Source of the DNA: Sphingomicrobium sp.
GTDB lineage: Bacteria > Pseudomonadota > Alphaproteobacteria > Sphingomonadales > Sphingomonadaceae
Reading direction: 5' to 3'
DNA length: 62,914 nucleotides
Assembly: GCA_036402035.1 (NCBI GenBank)
Contig: DASWTR010000031.1
Location: 1-62,914, forward strand
Both the position numbers and the translations under genes were made by a program. Below the pieces are notes generated by a model that searched no databases, was not told the origin of the DNA, and was given only the letters and a program-made list of their open reading frames with translations. The stretch's first letter is position 1. The number at the start of each line of letters is the position of its first letter. Below are positions 9,009-18,747 of the stretch, in pieces.

Positions 9009-10282
9009 AGCGACAGGAAGGCCATCGCCGCGACGGCTGTCGACATCAGCAGGGTCGCGAGCCAGCCAAGCCATTGCAACGGCCCCTTGATGGTGAAATC
9101 GCCCATGATCTTCGGCCGAGCGGCCATGAACATCATCATCACCATGACGGGCACGGCCACCACCCCATTGACTACCGCGGCCCAGTAAAGCGCCTCAATC
9201 GGATCGATTGGCGTCAGGTTCATGAAGGCGCCGAGCAAGGTCGCCGCGACAATCGTGGCGTAAAAGGTCTTCGCCCTTCGCGGCTTGCGGGCCAGGCCGA
9301 CTGGTTTTCCCACCGCCTCGCCCAGGGCGTAAGCCGCCGAGCCGGCCAAGACCGGAACGGCCAGCAGGCCAGTTCCGATGATCCCTAGCGCGAAGATGAT
9401 GGTGGCGTATTCGCCGGCGATCGGCCGCAGCGCCTCAGCCGCCTGTGCGGACGTCTCGATGTCGGTGATGTTGGCGGCGTGCAGCGTCGCCGCCGCAGTC
9501 AGCATGATCGCCAGCGCCACGAGGTTCGAAAACGCCATGCCAATTAGCGTGTCCAGCTCAATTCGCTGAAGTTGAGGCGGACCGTCCTCGGGCTCGCACT
9601 TGAGCGGTTGGTGGTCGGGATCTTCCGTCACTTCTTCGGCCTCTTCCGAGGCTTGCCAAAAGAAGAGGTAGGGGCTGATGGTGGTGCCGAGAACGGCGAC
9701 GATCATCGTCACATATTCCGGGGTCAGCGAGATTGGGGGCACGACCATTGCCTTGAGCGCCTCGCCCCACGGCACGCGCACCATGAACAGCGTGGCGACA
9801 TAGGCGAACAGCGCCAGCGTCAGCCATTTGAGCAAGCGAACGTAGCGCTTGTAGCTGGCGAACACCTCGGTCAGCGCGCAGAAGGCAGCGAAGGCGAGCA
9901 GATAGGCGTGGACCGGCCCGCCAAACACCAGCGCGGTGGCATCGGCCATCGCACCGAGATCGGCGCCGATGTTTATAGTGTTAGCGACCACCAGCAGCGT
10001 GACGATCGAGACCAGCAGCCAGCGCGGGTAGCAGCGCGCGATATTGCCGGCGATGCCGTGGCCGGTGGTGCGACCGATCCGCGCGCTGATCATCTGCACG
10101 GCGGACATCAGCGGATAAGTGACGATCAACGCCCAGCACACGCCGAAGCCGAAGCGGGCACCGGCCTGGCTGTAGGTGGCGATGCCACTGGGATCGTCGT
10201 CGGAGGCGCCGGTGATCAGGCCGGGGCCGATGATCTTGCGCAGCTGCAGCCGCTTGGGCGGGGCTTCGGCGGCTTGGGTCAA
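9005..10282 (-). CDS. NRAMP family divalent metal transporter
   Basis: GPGLITGASDDDPSGIATYSQAG and GTTISPY motifs, with about 11 TM helices. Confidence 0.9.
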   Translation of the reverse strand: MTQAAEAPPKRLQLRKIIGPGLITGASDDDPSGIATYSQAGARFGFGVCWALIVTYPLMSAVQMISARIGRTTGHGIAGNIARCYPRWLLVSIVTLLVVANTINIGADLGAMADATALVFGGPVHAYLLAFAAFCALTEVFASYKRYVRLLKWLTLALFAYVATLFMVRVPWGEALKAMVVPPISLTPEYVTMIVAVLGTTISPYLFFWQASEEAEEVTEDPDHQPLKCEPEDGPPQLQRIELDTLIGMAFSNLVALAIMLTAAATLHAANITDIETSAQAAEALRPIAGEYATIIFALGIIGTGLLAVPVLAGSAAYALGEAVGKPVGLARKPRRAKTFYATIVAATLLGAFMNLTPIDPIEALYWAAVVNGVVAVPVMVMMMFMAARPKIMGDFTIKGPLQWLGWLATLLMSTAVAAMAFLSL

Positions 10283-10352
10283 TCAATCATGCTCCGGCTG
10301 CATGGGCGGCTAAACCACCACACGCGCCAGGGCGTTCCGGCGGTCCAACGAG

Positions 10353-12449
10353 CTAGCGGCCCGCCGAGCCGATTTCCTTGGTCAGAAAGGCCCATTCCAA
10401 CGCGGCGCGAAGCGCGTCCTCGGTGCGGTCCGCATCGACCGAATGCCCGCCCTCCAGATACTCATGGTAATAAACCTTACTGCCCAATCCAGTCAGCTTC
10501 GCCGCCATCTTGCGGGCATGGCCCGGGTGAACGCGATCGTCCTTCGTTGAGAGATAGACGAACATCGGCGGATAGCGCACGCCCGACCGAACCGCCTGAT
10601 AGGGCGAATATTTGCCGAGAAAGGCCCAGTCCGCGGGCTTGTCCGGGTCGCCATATTCGTCGATCCACGACGCGCCGGCCGACAGGTGCGAATAGCGCTT
10701 CATGTCGAACAGCGGCGAGCCGGCGATCACCGCCGAATAAAGGTCGGGGTGCTGGGTCATTGCCGCGCCGACTAGCACTCCGCCATTCGATCGGCCGGAG
10801 ATCGCAACGCCATCCTTCCGGGCGACACCCGTCTGGATTAGGTCGCGAGCCACCGCTTCCAGATCGTCGAAACTGTTCTGGCGTTTTTCGCGCAGCGCGT
10901 CGCGCCACCAGCCAGGTCCATATTCGCCGCCGCCGCGAATATTGGCCAGCACGAATGCCCCGCCATCCTCGACCCAGAACAGGCCGAGCGGCCCGGAGCG
11001 ATAAGGCTGCGCTGTGAGATAGGTCGGAGTCTGCGCGCTCCTGAAGCCGCCATAGGCATGGATCAGCGCGCCGGTCGGCTTGGTCACTCCTTTTTTGCGC
11101 ACCAGGAAGTAGGGCACACGGGTGCCGTCCTTCGAGGTGGCGAAGCGCTGGTCGACGGTGAACTTCGACGCGTCGAACTGGGCCGGCAGCGCCTGGACGG
11201 TGCCGATCTTGCCGGCCGCATCGACCGACATCAGCGCGGTCGGCGTCAGCATGCCCTCAACGGTGGCGAAGGCGATGTCTTGCTTGTCCGCGGTGGCCGC
11301 AATGTGAATGGTGCTGTTGCCGGGCAGCGGCATCGCCTTGCTCGACCAGCTGCCATCGGCCCCGCGGCGCAGCGCGAACAATTTCCCCGACACATCGTCC
11401 AGCGCCTTGACCCACAGCACATTGTCGCTGGCCTGGACCTCCTCGATCGCCTGGCTTTTGCTCGGCGCCATCACCAGCATCGGCGCCGGCTTCTGCCCGG
11501 CCAGCATCTGCTGGATATCGAACGCCACCACGGAGCCTGGCTGGAACTGGCCCAGGGGTTCCACCAGGGTAGCGATCGCCTGACCCGAAACCACCACATT
11601 GAATTCGGCCGTCTCGGGGATCGGCAGCTGCACCCAGCGCCCGTCCGGCGCGCGCATCGATACGCGGGATTCATAGAAGCCCACATTGCGGCTGATCGCA
11701 ACGCGGCGGACGTCGCCGTCCATCACTGCGAACGGGCTGATGCCGATATCGGCTTCGGTGCCCTCGGTCACGACAGTTGCCGCGCTCCATGGCGTGCCGC
11801 GCTTCCACTCCTTGACGATCCGCGGATAGCCGGAGCGGGTCACCGTCCCCTCGCCTTCGGCCATCGCCACCAGCAGCGTGTCGCGGTCAACCCAGGTGGC
11901 GGTGTTCTTGCTCTCCGGCACCGAGAACCCGCCCTCGACGAACTTGCCCGACGGCAGGTCGAACTCGCGCACCACATCGGCGTCGCTGCCGCCGGGGCTC
12001 AGCGATACCAGGCAGCGCTGATATTCGGGCGGCAGGCAGCTCGCGCCGTGCCACACCCAGCTCTTGCCCTCGGCTTTGCCCAGCGCGTCGACGTCGATCA
12101 GCGTCCGCCATTGCGGCGTGCCGGCGAGATAGGCGGCGAGCGGCGATGCCCGCCACAGCCCGCGCTTGTGATTGGCGTCGACCCAATGGTTCAGAACCAA
12201 GTCCCCCAGCACGGCGTCGGGAGTCGCGATCTGGTTGGGATCGTTGAGGAGCTTCAGGCCGCGGGCCTGCCGATCCTCGAAGCCGGGTACGGACCGCAGC
12301 GACGCCTCGGCATCGGCATTCCACTGCTTGACCTGCGCGATCGCGCGATCGCCCTCGACTTCCTCCAGCCAGAGATATGGGTCGTCTGCCTGGGCAAAGC
12401 CGGCGGTGGCGAGAACGGTGGCGGCGGCGGTGAGAATGAGTTTACGCAA
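10353..12449 (-). CDS. Secreted prolyl oligopeptidase (S9A)
   Basis: Signal peptide, DDPYLWLE, nucleophile motif GRSNGG, DDRVHP and GGH. Confidence 0.93.
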   Translation of the reverse strand: MRKLILTAAATVLATAGFAQADDPYLWLEEVEGDRAIAQVKQWNADAEASLRSVPGFEDRQARGLKLLNDPNQIATPDAVLGDLVLNHWVDANHKRGLWRASPLAAYLAGTPQWRTLIDVDALGKAEGKSWVWHGASCLPPEYQRCLVSLSPGGSDADVVREFDLPSGKFVEGGFSVPESKNTATWVDRDTLLVAMAEGEGTVTRSGYPRIVKEWKRGTPWSAATVVTEGTEADIGISPFAVMDGDVRRVAISRNVGFYESRVSMRAPDGRWVQLPIPETAEFNVVVSGQAIATLVEPLGQFQPGSVVAFDIQQMLAGQKPAPMLVMAPSKSQAIEEVQASDNVLWVKALDDVSGKLFALRRGADGSWSSKAMPLPGNSTIHIAATADKQDIAFATVEGMLTPTALMSVDAAGKIGTVQALPAQFDASKFTVDQRFATSKDGTRVPYFLVRKKGVTKPTGALIHAYGGFRSAQTPTYLTAQPYRSGPLGLFWVEDGGAFVLANIRGGGEYGPGWWRDALREKRQNSFDDLEAVARDLIQTGVARKDGVAISGRSNGGVLVGAAMTQHPDLYSAVIAGSPLFDMKRYSHLSAGASWIDEYGDPDKPADWAFLGKYSPYQAVRSGVRYPPMFVYLSTKDDRVHPGHARKMAAKLTGLGSKVYYHEYLEGGHSVDADRTEDALRAALEWAFLTKEIGSAGR

Positions 12450-12512
12450 AAGAACGTCCTTCCCCGAATGCGCCTCCTTGGTAAGGCGCGCTTCGAGCGG
12501 GTCAATGCTGGC

Positions 12513-13514
12513 TTAGTCCCCCGAAATCTTCGGCATGCCCACGTCCCCTTGCCCGACGGTACGCCCGGCCATGTCGAGCATCCGTTCGAGCGGCACGCGC
12601 GCTTTCTCCATCACCTCAGGGGACAGCTCGATCCGCGGCTCGAGGTCACGCAGCGCGACGTACAGCTTCTCCAGCGTGTTGAGCGCCATGTACGGGCACA
12701 TGTTGCAGTTGCAGTTCCCGTCCCCACCGGGGACGCCGATGAAGGTCTTGCCCGGCGCCGCCTTCTCCATCTGGTGGATGATGTGCGGCTCGGTCGCGAC
12801 CAGGATGGTGTCGCTTGGGCTATGAATCGCGAAGTCGAGGATCGACTTGGTCGAGCCGACATGGTCGGCATGGTCGATGATGTGCGGCGGACATTCGGGG
12901 TGCGCCGCGACCGGGGCGCCGGGATGCTCGGCCTTGAGTTTCAACAGCTCGGTCTCGCTGAATGCCTGGTGGACGATGCAGATGCCGGGCCACAGCAGCA
13001 TGTCGCGTCCGGTGCGTCTCGCCAGATAGCCGCCGAGGTGCCGGTCCGGGCCGAAGATGATCTTCTGGTCCTTCGGGATCTGTTTCAGGATAACATCCGC
13101 CGACGAGCTAGTAACGATGATGTCGCTGAGCGCCTTCACCGCCGCTGAGCAGTTGATGTAGGTCAGCGCGATATGGTCCGGGTGCGCCTCGCGGAACGCC
13201 TTGAACTGATCCGGCGGGCAGCTGTCCTCCAACGAGCAACCGGCGTCCATGTCCGGCAGGATGACGATTTTTTCCGGCGACAGGATTTTCGCCGTCTCCG
13301 CCATGAAACGCACGCCGCAGAAGGCGATCACATCTGCATCGGTCGCGGCTGCCTTTCGGCTGAGGTCGAGGCTGTCGCCGACAAAATCGGCCAGATCCTG
13401 GATCTCCGGCTTCTGGTAATAATGGGCGAGGATGACCGCGTTGCGCTCTTTCTTCAGGCGCGCGATCTCGCTGAGGAGATCGAGCCCCCTGAGGCTCTGG
13501 GTCTGGGCGGTCAT
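12513..13514 (-). CDS. nadA: Quinolinate synthase
   Basis: ILAHYYQ, FCGVRFMAETAK, AGCSL, HPEC and CPYMALNTL motifs. Confidence 0.97.
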   Translation of the reverse strand: MTAQTQSLRGLDLLSEIARLKKERNAVILAHYYQKPEIQDLADFVGDSLDLSRKAAATDADVIAFCGVRFMAETAKILSPEKIVILPDMDAGCSLEDSCPPDQFKAFREAHPDHIALTYINCSAAVKALSDIIVTSSSADVILKQIPKDQKIIFGPDRHLGGYLARRTGRDMLLWPGICIVHQAFSETELLKLKAEHPGAPVAAHPECPPHIIDHADHVGSTKSILDFAIHSPSDTILVATEPHIIHQMEKAAPGKTFIGVPGGDGNCNCNMCPYMALNTLEKLYVALRDLEPRIELSPEVMEKARVPLERMLDMAGRTVGQGDVGMPKISGD

Positions 13515-13547
13515 GGCGATTTATCCTCTAGGCCAGCGGCGCGTCTT

Positions 13548-14261
13548 CTAGCGGGTGCGCGCCTCATCCAGCACATCGTTATAGCTGCGGCTGCGGTCAA
13601 GGGGCTCGGTCACGCGCGAACCCTCGGTCGGGTCGCGCGCGACCACCTTGGCATTGTCGAAGCCGGCGGCTTGAAGCGGCAGCGCAAAGCTCCGCTCGAC
13701 CGCCTGACGACCCGCCTCGCGTGCTAGCCGCATCGGCACCGCCGCCCCTGCTTGTTTGCGAAGGTCGGCGACCGCCCGGGCGCGATTGTTGCGATCAAGC
13801 GCCTGGTCGGCGTTGGTGACGGCGGCCAGAACGCCATTCTCGCCATATTCGCGCGCCGCAGCGAGATCGACTTCGGGGCCAGCGATCTCGATCTCGGGCA
13901 GGGTGACGGCCAGGGTATTGCTCGATGCATCCCACTGCACATCCTCCGGGCCCAACTGAGCGAGATCGAGCTCGTAACGCACGTCTCCGGGCAGGATCAG
14001 TGTGCGTTCGCTGCTGACCAGCCCGCCAAGCCGTTCCTGCCGGCTGCTGACGACCGAAACATAGCGCGCCACGAACGGCACCAGCCGGTTCTGCGCCCGC
14101 ATCGATTGCAGCGCCGATGACGCGACCGTTTCCGGGTCAGGCCCGCCGAACAGCCGCTTGCCGATGTCCAGCGCCCCGCCGACAATCAACCCGAGCACCA
14201 GCGCGACGACCACCGCGGCCAGCGCGAGCGGCTTGTTCAGGCGGCTTTGGCTTTCGTCCAT
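13548..14261 (-). CDS. DUF4230 family protein
   Basis: Single N-terminal TM helix and a PGDVRYELDL...LAVTLPEIEI pattern. Confidence 0.7.
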   Translation of the reverse strand: MDESQSRLNKPLALAAVVVALVLGLIVGGALDIGKRLFGGPDPETVASSALQSMRAQNRLVPFVARYVSVVSSRQERLGGLVSSERTLILPGDVRYELDLAQLGPEDVQWDASSNTLAVTLPEIEIAGPEVDLAAAREYGENGVLAAVTNADQALDRNNRARAVADLRKQAGAAVPMRLAREAGRQAVERSFALPLQAAGFDNAKVVARDPTEGSRVTEPLDRSRSYNDVLDEARTR

Positions 14262-15097
14262 GTCTCACCCTCCCCCGCCTCAACGAGCCCGCGCTTCTGA
14301 AGGTCCAGCAGATGCGCCAGCACCGATCCGCCGGCCGCCGGCACCAGCCTTTGGTCGAGTCCGGGATAGGCATTGGCGACGATGTCGGGAATGTCGCGCG
14401 GCCGCTCGCCGACCAAGCGCAGAATCTGCCGCTCCCGCTGCAGCCGGTGCCCAATCATGCCGCGGATCAGCTGCGCCGGCTTGGTTACCGCCGGACCATG
14501 CGCGGGATAATAGATTCGATCGCCGCGCTGCCGCAGCAGATCCAGGCTCTGCATATAGGCACCCATGTCGCCATCAGGCGGCACCACCACGGTGGTCGAC
14601 CAGCCCATCACATGATCGCCGGTGAACAGGGCGTCGCCATAGGCAAAGCAAAGATGGTTGGAGGTGTGCCCCGGCGTCGCCACCGCGACCAGCCTTTGCC
14701 CGCCATCAAGCTCGATCGCGTCCCCATCGCCGAGCACCTTGTCCGGCGCATATTGCTTGTCGAAGCTGGCATCGGCGCGCGGTCCGATGCTTTCCAGCAC
14801 CAGGGGCGCGCAGCCGATAATCGGCGCGCCGGTCGCTTGGCTTAGCGCTCTGCTCGCCGGGGAATGGTCGCGGTGGGTGTGGGTGCAGGCGATCGCGATC
14901 AGTTCACGCCCATCCAGTGCCTTCACGATCGCCTCGACATGCTCGGGAAGGTCCGGGCCGGGGTCGATCACCACGATCTCATCGTCGCCGACGAGATAGG
15001 TCTGGGTTCCGAAATAGGTGAACGGCGAAGGATTGTGCGCCAACAGGCGGGCAATGCCCGGCTCCAGCTGCTCCAGTATGGCATATGGCGCTTCCAC
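14237..15097 (-). CDS. MBL-fold metallo-hydrolase (LACTB2-like)
   Basis: THTHRDH, TPGH, FTGD and PAHG motifs. Confidence 0.9.
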   Translation of the reverse strand: MEAPYAILEQLEPGIARLLAHNPSPFTYFGTQTYLVGDDEIVVIDPGPDLPEHVEAIVKALDGRELIAIACTHTHRDHSPASRALSQATGAPIIGCAPLVLESIGPRADASFDKQYAPDKVLGDGDAIELDGGQRLVAVATPGHTSNHLCFAYGDALFTGDHVMGWSTTVVVPPDGDMGAYMQSLDLLRQRGDRIYYPAHGPAVTKPAQLIRGMIGHRLQRERQILRLVGERPRDIPDIVANAYPGLDQRLVPAAGGSVLAHLLDLQKRGLVEAGEGETWTKAKAA

Positions 15098-15118
15098 GGC
15101 AGCCTCCTGCCACGGATG

Positions 15119-16369
15119 TCAGGCGTTCGCCAGCGCTCCCACGGTCTTGCGAGCGGCGCGCGCGACCCGCTCGGCGGCGCGCAGCTGCGCCCGGCGATAG
15201 ACATGACCGAACAGCCGCTCCATGCTCTGATCCCAGCTGAATTGCAGCGCATGGGCCCGCGCCCGTTCGCTCATCGCGGCCAGGTCGCCCTGCAGCACCC
15301 GGATGATATTCCCGGCCATCAGCGCCGCATCGTCGACATCGCCGACCAGGCCGAGCCCTTCCGGAACGCGATCGACCATCGCTCCGGCTGCTACCCCGAC
15401 GATGGGAAGGCCGGATGCCTGCGCCTCGATGATCGAAATTCCGAAAGTCTCGTCGGCCATGGCGGAGACATATAGATCGGCGCTGGCCAGCCAGGCAGCA
15501 AGGTCGTCGCGATCGCGGCAATATCCCGGCGCGAAGATGCGCTCATGCTCTCTTCCCGCGAATTGCTCGCGAAGCGGCCCGTCGCCCAGCAGTAGCAGCG
15601 TCGCACCCAGCGTCTGGGGAAGGCGGCGGAACGCGTCCACCACTACCTGCGGACGCTTCTCCACGTCGAGGCGGCCAACGTAGATCAGCAAGGGTCGAGC
15701 CTCGTCCACACCGAGCTTTTGGCGCAGCGCGACATTGCGCTTGGCGGGCGAGAATTGCCCCAGCTCGACGCCGAGCGGGACGACGTCGACTTCCGGAACG
15801 CCAAGCGAACGCAGCTTCGCCGCCCCGCCATTCTCGCTCATCGCATAGACGGCGTCGAACCGGCGGTAGAGCCGGGCGCAATAGGCGTAGCAAATGCGCG
15901 ATGCCGCGGCGCCTGCCGGGCGACCAAGCCAGCTGGCGAAAGGCCGGTCGACGTAAACGGTGGGGAAATCGGTGCAGTAGGCGGCAACCAGCGCAGCGCC
16001 GGGATAACGCCTGGCATGGCCGATGGCGGCCCACGGCAGATTATAGGCATCCTGGCATTCGATCAGATCGGGACAATGATCGGCCAGAAGGCGGCGTACC
16101 GCGCCGTTGCGCAGCAACAGGCGGTAATGCGGGCTGCCGGGCACCTTGGGCGATGCGATCGTGGCCGTGATGCCGCGCCCGTCATCTGTGACCTCAACCT
16201 CGTCACGAGCTCCGGGTATGATCAGCAGATGACGATGCGGCGTGTTGTCAAGAATATGCCGTCGCTTGTGGCGGAGATAGGTGCGAACCCCGCCGCCGAC
16301 GTCGGACCAGCTTTGGGTGATATCGGCATAGAGCCGGCCGGATTCGCCGCGGGGATCATAAAGCGCCAT
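15119..16369 (-). CDS. GT4 family glycosyltransferase
   Basis: YVGRLDVEK and ETFGISIIEAQASG (EX7E) motifs; GGAGGG RBS before the ATG at 16369. Confidence 0.9.
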   Translation of the reverse strand: MALYDPRGESGRLYADITQSWSDVGGGVRTYLRHKRRHILDNTPHRHLLIIPGARDEVEVTDDGRGITATIASPKVPGSPHYRLLLRNGAVRRLLADHCPDLIECQDAYNLPWAAIGHARRYPGAALVAAYCTDFPTVYVDRPFASWLGRPAGAAASRICYAYCARLYRRFDAVYAMSENGGAAKLRSLGVPEVDVVPLGVELGQFSPAKRNVALRQKLGVDEARPLLIYVGRLDVEKRPQVVVDAFRRLPQTLGATLLLLGDGPLREQFAGREHERIFAPGYCRDRDDLAAWLASADLYVSAMADETFGISIIEAQASGLPIVGVAAGAMVDRVPEGLGLVGDVDDAALMAGNIIRVLQGDLAAMSERARAHALQFSWDQSMERLFGHVYRRAQLRAAERVARAARKTVGALANA

Positions 16370-16445
16370 CCGCCCTCCAACCCCCTTGGGGCGATTTGGT
16401 GCCATTCGGCATGGCCGGCGCCTATGTCGTTTTCGTGACGAAATG

Positions 16446-16482
16446 AAAAGGCGCCCCCGGCTGCCTCCCAGCCGAGGGCGCC
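16446..16482 (-). terminator. Intrinsic terminator after the blaR1-like gene
   Basis: GGCGCCCCCGGCTG / CAGCCGAGGGCGCC stem followed by TTTT on the minus strand. Confidence 0.65.
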
Positions 16483-16522
16483 CCTCCCAAACGCAGGGGC
16501 AGGCCCTGCGCCGCTTCGAGCT

Positions 16523-18076
16523 TTATTCGTCGCGTTCGAGCCGCTGCTCCAATTGCTCCACCTCGTGCTGAGCCTGGGCGATCGACGCCTCGGCCGCGGC
16601 GACGCTTGCCTCGATCGCGGCATGGTCGATGCCGGCCATCGCCTGTCGGGTGATTTTCTCGACGTCGATTGCCTCGACCGCTTTCAGCGAGGCCCGGACC
16701 TGCGCCTTGATCGTCTCGGGATCTTGCCCCGAGCGGCGGATGTGGATGGCATGAGCGTCGACCTGGCGCATTGCCTGCTCGATCTCGACCCGTGCCTCGG
16801 CCAGATCGCGGCGCAGTTCCTCCTGATCGATCTTCGCGTCGGCCATTGCCTCGCGGATTTCGCGCTGGATTTCCTCCCGGTCGATCCGGGTCCGCGCCAG
16901 TTCTTCCTTCGCCTCGGCGATCGAGCGGCGCACTTCGGCCTTCTCTTCCGGCGTCAGGTCGCGCCAGGATTTTTGCTGGCCATCGATGATGATGGTGCCG
17001 TCATCGCGAAAGTTTAGCGCCGAGTGCCTGCGGCCAATCTGAGCGGGAGCGGCCGGGGCAGCCGGATCGGCGGGCTGGGTAACCGATGCCACCTGCGCCG
17101 GTGCCGCCGCGGGTGCGACAAAAGATCTTTCGTCCGATGCCACGGGCACGTCGACATAATTGATCGCACGAGTAGCGGTCAGCGGCAGGACGACCGCGAC
17201 GGTCGCGAGCACGATCAGCCGCCCGGCGGTACGCCGGCCGGAAGTGGGGTTGGTAAGCATGGACTTGAGCCTCCTGTGGAGCGTGTTGCGTCGATCGAGC
17301 GCCGATGCGAACAGCAGCGCTCGTCCCGAAGCGGCCTTGGCGATCGCGCGGCCGTAGTCGGCGCGATCCTGGCCATGCACCTTGTCCAGCACCCGGGCAT
17401 CGCATGCTGCTTCCTGGTCGAAGCGGAAAGCAGCATGGGCCACCCAGGCGAGCGGATTGAACCACTGGAGGCAGAGGAGGACAAAGGCGAAGAGGTTGGC
17501 GATGAGGTCGCCCGACCGGTGGTGGGCAAGCTCATGCTCGAGCGCCAGGCGGCGCTCGTGGGGGGCATAAAGCCGATCGAAGTCGGCAGGCACGGCGATC
17601 ACGCGATCGAAGATGCCAAAGGCGATCGGACCCGTGAGATCGGGCGACTGCATCAGCCTGATCGAACCGATCCTGCCCAGCTCGACCGCGTCGACCAGGA
17701 TCGCCGAGCGCTCGCGGCGGAAGGCATTCATCCGCGCCACGAACAGGCCGAGCGCAACGCCGAGCCACAACGTCAGCAAAATGGTCGGCCACCCGCCGAG
17801 CTGGTCGATCAGCGACGGCTCCGGCGGTGCGACACTGGCCAGCAGCAGCGGCTCGGCGGACACCTGCGTCATCATCAGCCGCGGTGGCACCGAGAGCGCA
17901 GCAGGGCGCTCGACCGTCTCGGTCAGCGTCGGCATCAGCAGCCGCGCGGCCGGGATCAGCCACAGGGCATAAGCCACCCGCGCGCCGAAATGGCGCCGCA
18001 CCGGTTCACGGATCAGAAGAACCAGGACAATCAGTCCGGAAGTGGCGAGCAAAGTACCAAGCAGCCAGTCCGTCAC
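16523..18076 (-). CDS. BlaR1/MecR1-like M56 metallopeptidase with a coiled-coil C-terminus
   Basis: TM N-terminus, HELAH zinc motif and WFNPLAW...EAACD; coupled to blaI. Confidence 0.92.
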   Translation of the reverse strand: MTDWLLGTLLATSGLIVLVLLIREPVRRHFGARVAYALWLIPAARLLMPTLTETVERPAALSVPPRLMMTQVSAEPLLLASVAPPEPSLIDQLGGWPTILLTLWLGVALGLFVARMNAFRRERSAILVDAVELGRIGSIRLMQSPDLTGPIAFGIFDRVIAVPADFDRLYAPHERRLALEHELAHHRSGDLIANLFAFVLLCLQWFNPLAWVAHAAFRFDQEAACDARVLDKVHGQDRADYGRAIAKAASGRALLFASALDRRNTLHRRLKSMLTNPTSGRRTAGRLIVLATVAVVLPLTATRAINYVDVPVASDERSFVAPAAAPAQVASVTQPADPAAPAAPAQIGRRHSALNFRDDGTIIIDGQQKSWRDLTPEEKAEVRRSIAEAKEELARTRIDREEIQREIREAMADAKIDQEELRRDLAEARVEIEQAMRQVDAHAIHIRRSGQDPETIKAQVRASLKAVEAIDVEKITRQAMAGIDHAAIEASVAAAEASIAQAQHEVEQLEQRLERDE

Positions 18077-18444
18077 GACTTCAGCTCCTTCAACAGCGCT
18101 TCGATGGCGGCAATGTCGTCCTGATCGAGCGCATCCTCTTCGGCCAGCCGCGCCACCAGCGGCGACAGGCGACCGCCGAACAGCTTTTCGACGAACCGCC
18201 GCGATTCATGGCCGACATAGGCTTCGCGCCGGATTGCTGGCGAATAAAGGAACCGGCGGCCGTCTTCGCGATGCTTGAGCGCGCCCTTGGCGGCCAGCCT
18301 CGACAACATGGTCTTGACGGTCGCCAGCGACCAATCGCGGTCGGAAGCGATTCGCTCGGCGACTTCGGTCGCGGTCAGCGGTTGTCCAGCCGCCCACAGC
18401 GTCTCCATCACCTCGAGCTCGGCATCGCTGATCCGCACGTCCAT
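18073..18444 (-). CDS. BlaI/MecI/CopY family repressor
   Basis: ISDAELEVMETLW...WSLATVKTMLSRLAAKG pattern. Confidence 0.93.
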   Translation of the reverse strand: MDVRISDAELEVMETLWAAGQPLTATEVAERIASDRDWSLATVKTMLSRLAAKGALKHREDGRRFLYSPAIRREAYVGHESRRFVEKLFGGRLSPLVARLAEEDALDQDDIAAIEALLKELKS

Positions 18445-18459
18445 CTGCCGTCCTTTCGA

Positions 18460-18492
18460 TTACAGGTGTAACCACTCCGATTACAGCTGTAA
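18460..18492. promoter_or_regulatory. Tandem BlaI-type operators
   Basis: TTACAGGTGTAA (18460-18471) and TTACAGCTGTAA (18481-18492), 21 bp apart. Both match the TACA-NN-TGTA BlaI/MecI/CopY box. Confidence 0.88.
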
Positions 18493-18527
18493 ACATCCGT
18501 TCGTCGAAAAGGATGATGCGACGAGAA

Positions 18528-18548
18528 AGCGTCGGAAAATCTTACGCT
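18528..18548. promoter_or_regulatory. Putative enhancer (UAS) for a sigma54 activator
   Basis: Imperfect palindrome AGCGTcggaaaatcttACGCT about 100 bp upstream of the predicted sigma54 start. Confidence 0.45.
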
Positions 18549-18610
18549 GGCGGCATGAGCCAAGTTTTCCGGTGCGAAATTTATGCCGGAAATACGCCAT
18601 TTATCTGAAT

Positions 18611-18626
18611 TGGCACGGCGGTTGCA
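18611..18626 (+). promoter_or_regulatory. Sigma54 (-24/-12) promoter
   Basis: TGGCAC-GGCGG-TTGCA is an exact match to TGGCAC-N5-TTGCW. Confidence 0.85.
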
Positions 18627-18636
18627 AATAGGATGA

Positions 18637-18717
18637 CGTCCACTTGGTTCCACGCCAACACAAAGGGGACGGCAACAGCGGTTTTCTGGTCCCGCGTTCG
18701 CCGTCCCCTTTTAGTTT
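18637..18717 (+). ncRNA. Candidate sigma54-dependent small RNA (about 80 nt)
   Basis: It lies between the sigma54 promoter and a GGGGACGGC / GCCGTCCCC hairpin with a TTTT tail. No plausible CDS on this strand. Confidence 0.55.
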
Positions 18718-18747
18718 CGGGATCTGGTGAAAGAGTTTCCTTCGGGG

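Noticed and set aside
11058-13148. Long antisense ORFs, for example 696 aa here and others at 9572-11017, 32768-34399, 35263-36807, 41432-42703 and 49876-51459
   Set aside because: These are shadow frames opposite well-supported genes, expected in high-GC DNA, and have no recognisable motifs.
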